NCBI GenBank assembly: GCA_002269645.1
Contig: NIVC01001147.1
Coordinates: 1-64,000 of the forward strand
Direction: 5' to 3'
Length of the DNA: 64,000 nucleotides
Source: Macrostomum lignano
Taxonomy: Eukaryota
Positions 61,036 through 64,000 of the stretch are shown in pieces. The notes under the pieces were generated by a model, which was given only the letters and a program-made list of their open reading frames with translations, was not told where the DNA came from and made no database searches. Made by a program: the position numbers and the translations under genes. Numbering within the stretch: the first letter of the stretch is position 1; the number at the start of each line of letters is the position of its first letter.

Positions 61036-62029
61036 AAGGCCAGAAAGTAAAGTCATGAAGTCTGGGTGCATCAGATTAGGGTGCGTCAGGATTCAACTAT
61101 CGCTACGAGTCTGGCAGTAGCAAGGATCGGGCCAAGAAGGCCCCCAAATCGGGCAACAAGAGGAGGCTCAGGTGGAAGAAGCGTCCTTCTACATTCAGTT
61201 GCATCGATTCTGGTGAGCCTTCGAAATTGATATTCGATCGAACGAATGCTCCGCGCCTTCAAATCAGAAATGACCTTGCCTTTGACCGAACCCATCAAAG
61301 CAAAAATATGATATGGCTTGCTGTGCACAGTTGCTATCGACAACTCTTTGTCTGCTGCGGGAATGCAATGCGCTCTCTCGCATGATGCCTAATCCGGCAC
61401 GTTCTTGCGTTCTATTTTGGCATTCGGATCAATGCGATCTATTTTAGCGCTCTCTCATGATGCATTGTCATTTAGCACGGTCTCCCCAGGCCTTCCATTT
61501 TTTTCAAGATGTTAATATGATCCCTTCGCAACCACTGGTGTTCTGCTATTTACTAATTCTGAATGATGCTAAGTTTATCTTGTGCCTTTACTCGTACTTA
61601 GCGTACCTTTGTAGGATGATTAAGCGGTGTTATCACCCAGGGACAGATTGACAGAAAATGCTGATACTGCATACATGAAAACATTTCAGGCTGCGATCAA
61701 GGATCACTTAATTATCCCGGGAAATTTCTGTCCGGAACAAGAGAGCAAGACAATCATTTTTCTGTTGGTACCACTATAGGCCATTTCCTTACATTCTGGA
61801 CTTCTGAAGGTCTTTTTTTAATCAACATTATTTTGCTCTTCTACTTTGATTTTTTGTTGCTTTTCTAAAATTTGTCTTCCGGTAAAACCTTAAATTTGAT
61901 TTGTTTTTTTGTATTTTTGCACATTTGGAAACCGACGATTGTCTTTTAAAATCATAAATTTTGATATCCAGCCCAAGACATCAGCATCCCCTGTGAGCTT
62001 TGGCTCAATTAAGCATCTGAGCAACCCCC

Positions 62030-62600
62030 TATGAGCCACAGAACTTCAACAATTCCCAGCATGAGTCTTTACATCTAAGAAATTCCCCAATGAGCCTTGA
62101 GCCCCCTTCACAGGGACAGATGGCTGGGCACCCAGAACTGCCGGCAATCACGTGCTTCTGAACCAAAATCGGAAGGATTTTCGAGCCCTTGTCATGACCC
62201 TTACCGGCCATGGCTACCTCGCCAGGCACTGCTTTATCCGAGGTGACCTCGAGAGCGAACTTTGCCCTTTTAGCGAGTACGACAATGAAGATGCTCAGCA
62301 CTTTGTCTGTCACTTCCCTTTCTTTACCAGAGACCGGCTACGCTACCTCGGGCCGAAGCCGTCCATTGGCGAGGTCTGCCAGCCCGACAGCATCCCACGG
62401 CTCATCCAGCTCCTTCGGGTGATAATACGAGCCAGTTTCTTCCCTATGGAAGATCCCGCTGCAGGACGGACCGGCGGACCACCCTGACCGGCCTCACGCC
62501 TCTGCCTGTCTGCGGGCCTTCAGGGGCTGGCGGAATGTGCGACTCTCGCCTCCCCGCTGTGTCTACGGACCACCCTGCAGCTGAGTCAAAATACTTCAGT
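62030..62600 (+). mobile_element. LINE ORF2 3' fragment with CCHC zinc knuckle (I/R1-like group)
   Basis: RWLGTQNCRQSRVLL...LVMTLTGHGYLARH...LCPF...EDAQHFVCHFPFF: the conserved LTGHG...C-x2-C-x8-H-x4-C end of LINE ORF2, degenerate, with upstream stops. Confidence 0.8.
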
Positions 62601-62959
62601 CAAGAGCCGTGAGCCACAGCATTCCAGCAATTTCCTCCCATGAACCTTGAAATCTTAGCGATTCCCCATAAGTCTTTAATACAGTTTGCAGGGCGATTCT
62701 TTTATGGTTGAACTCTGCTGGTGTATATGCTTGTCTACTCTGACCCGACTAATTGGATTTGACTTTGGACTAAGTACATCCTGCAATACAAACCTTTTTT
62801 CGCTTTATCCTCCAGAAAATTTTCTATCATTTTTTGTACTATAAATAAATAAATAAATAAATATTTTCCTCCTATGTGAACCAGTTGCAGCTGCCTGATG
62901 ATGTCTGCCTACGACAAAACGCCTTTCGGTATTGATTTGTATTAAAGAATATTGCATGT

Positions 62960-62991
62960 TTTTGTCTGCCTGTCTGTCTGTCTTAGTGTCA

Positions 62992-63043
<52 letters not shown>

Positions 63044-63072
63044 GCCTGCCTGTCTGCCTGTCCATCTGTCTC

Positions 63073-63133
<61 letters not shown>

Positions 63134-63134
63134 G

Positions 63135-63175
<41 letters not shown>

Positions 63176-63186
63176 GCCTGCCTGCC

Positions 63187-63251
<65 letters not shown>

Positions 63252-63265
63252 GAATTTGTCTGTCT
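62960..63265. repeat. (CTGT)n microsatellite
   Basis: Direct inspection. Confidence 0.97.
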
Positions 63266-63714
63266 GTTAAATTTAACTAAAACTCGTTTGAAAAAACGGT
63301 TTTCAAGAAATTTTTGTTAACATATCGGCTCGTACTTCTCTTCTATGCGTCAGAGTATCTGGGGTTGAAAATTTTCTAAGAATGACATGCGGCTTCCGGT
63401 TGGCCGATTTTATGATATTCTCGAACGATTGACTTTTCTTCGTATCGCGTGCTTATCAGTCAATATTTTAGCTATCAAAATAGATTTTTTATAAATCTTG
63501 CAGAAGTCCATTGCCCCCTTAAAAAGTTGGAAAATATTTCATAGCGGACGGCTGAATTCGATACAAAAGTGCTTTATGACAGTGAAATGTCGAAAGCAGA
63601 ATCTTGATGAATAAACCGGTAAAGATGTGATAGCTCTGGATCTGACAGTTTTTGGATGCGACACTTAGAGGATCTTCTAACAGTTCGAAGATGCGATGGT
63701 TTTGAGGTTGTGAC

Positions 63715-64000
63715 ATATGAGGATATGAGAGATCGAGGATGTGACAGATGAAGATATGACAGTTCCAGGATGTGATAGTTCGAGGATGTGACAGTTTGAG
63801 GATGTGACAGTTCCAGGGTGTGACAGTTCCAGGCTGTGACAGTTCCAGGATGTGATAGTTCCAGGATGTGAAAGTTCCAGGATGTGATAGTTCCAGGATG
63901 TGACAGTTCGAGGATGTGACAGTTCCAGGATGTGAAAGTTCCAGGATGTGACAGTTCGAGGAGGTGACAGTTCGAGGATGTGACAGTTCCAGGATGTGAC
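63715..64000. repeat. 16-bp minisatellite running off the window
   Basis: AGTTCCAGGATGTGAC units. Confidence 0.95.

Overview
Eukaryotic (animal) genomic DNA. GC-rich spliced exons are separated by AT-rich introns, most of which carry their own minisatellite. This style suggests a free-living flatworm such as Macrostomum, but that is inference and unverified. Genes rebuilt by hand from splice sites and frame continuity: an intronless MZT1 (-) carrying a +1 frameshift; a 9-exon Tec/Btk-family tyrosine kinase (+, PH-Btk motif-SH3-SH2-kinase, about 695 aa, one probable GC-AG intron); a 7-exon AVL9 (-, 626 aa); a short NELL-like gene (+, VWC-VWC-EGF); two tandem intronless PAN/apple plus C-type lectin paralogues (-) with a non-canonical cysteine pattern; the PX-domain 5' part of an SNX1/2-like gene (+); a partial class A GPCR (-); and an orphan secreted ORF. 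Mobile DNA: an internally deleted Merlin/IS1595 transposase relic, a hAT MITE with a tRNA-SINE inserted in its terminal repeat, more SINE copies, RTE and CCHC-type LINE 3' fragments, and a putative solo LTR. The most unusual signal is a ~4 kb almost CpG-free zone between MZT1 and Tec in which every stop in the transposase relic is TAG, a pattern resembling methylation-driven or RIP-like C-to-T hypermutation. Also notable are a tandem array of RFX X-box-like palindromes, minisatellites built from splice-site-like motifs next to real splice sites, and an inverted SINE pair bracketing an in-frame 1080-nt exon block. Most long ORFs in the supplied track are translations of tandem repeats.
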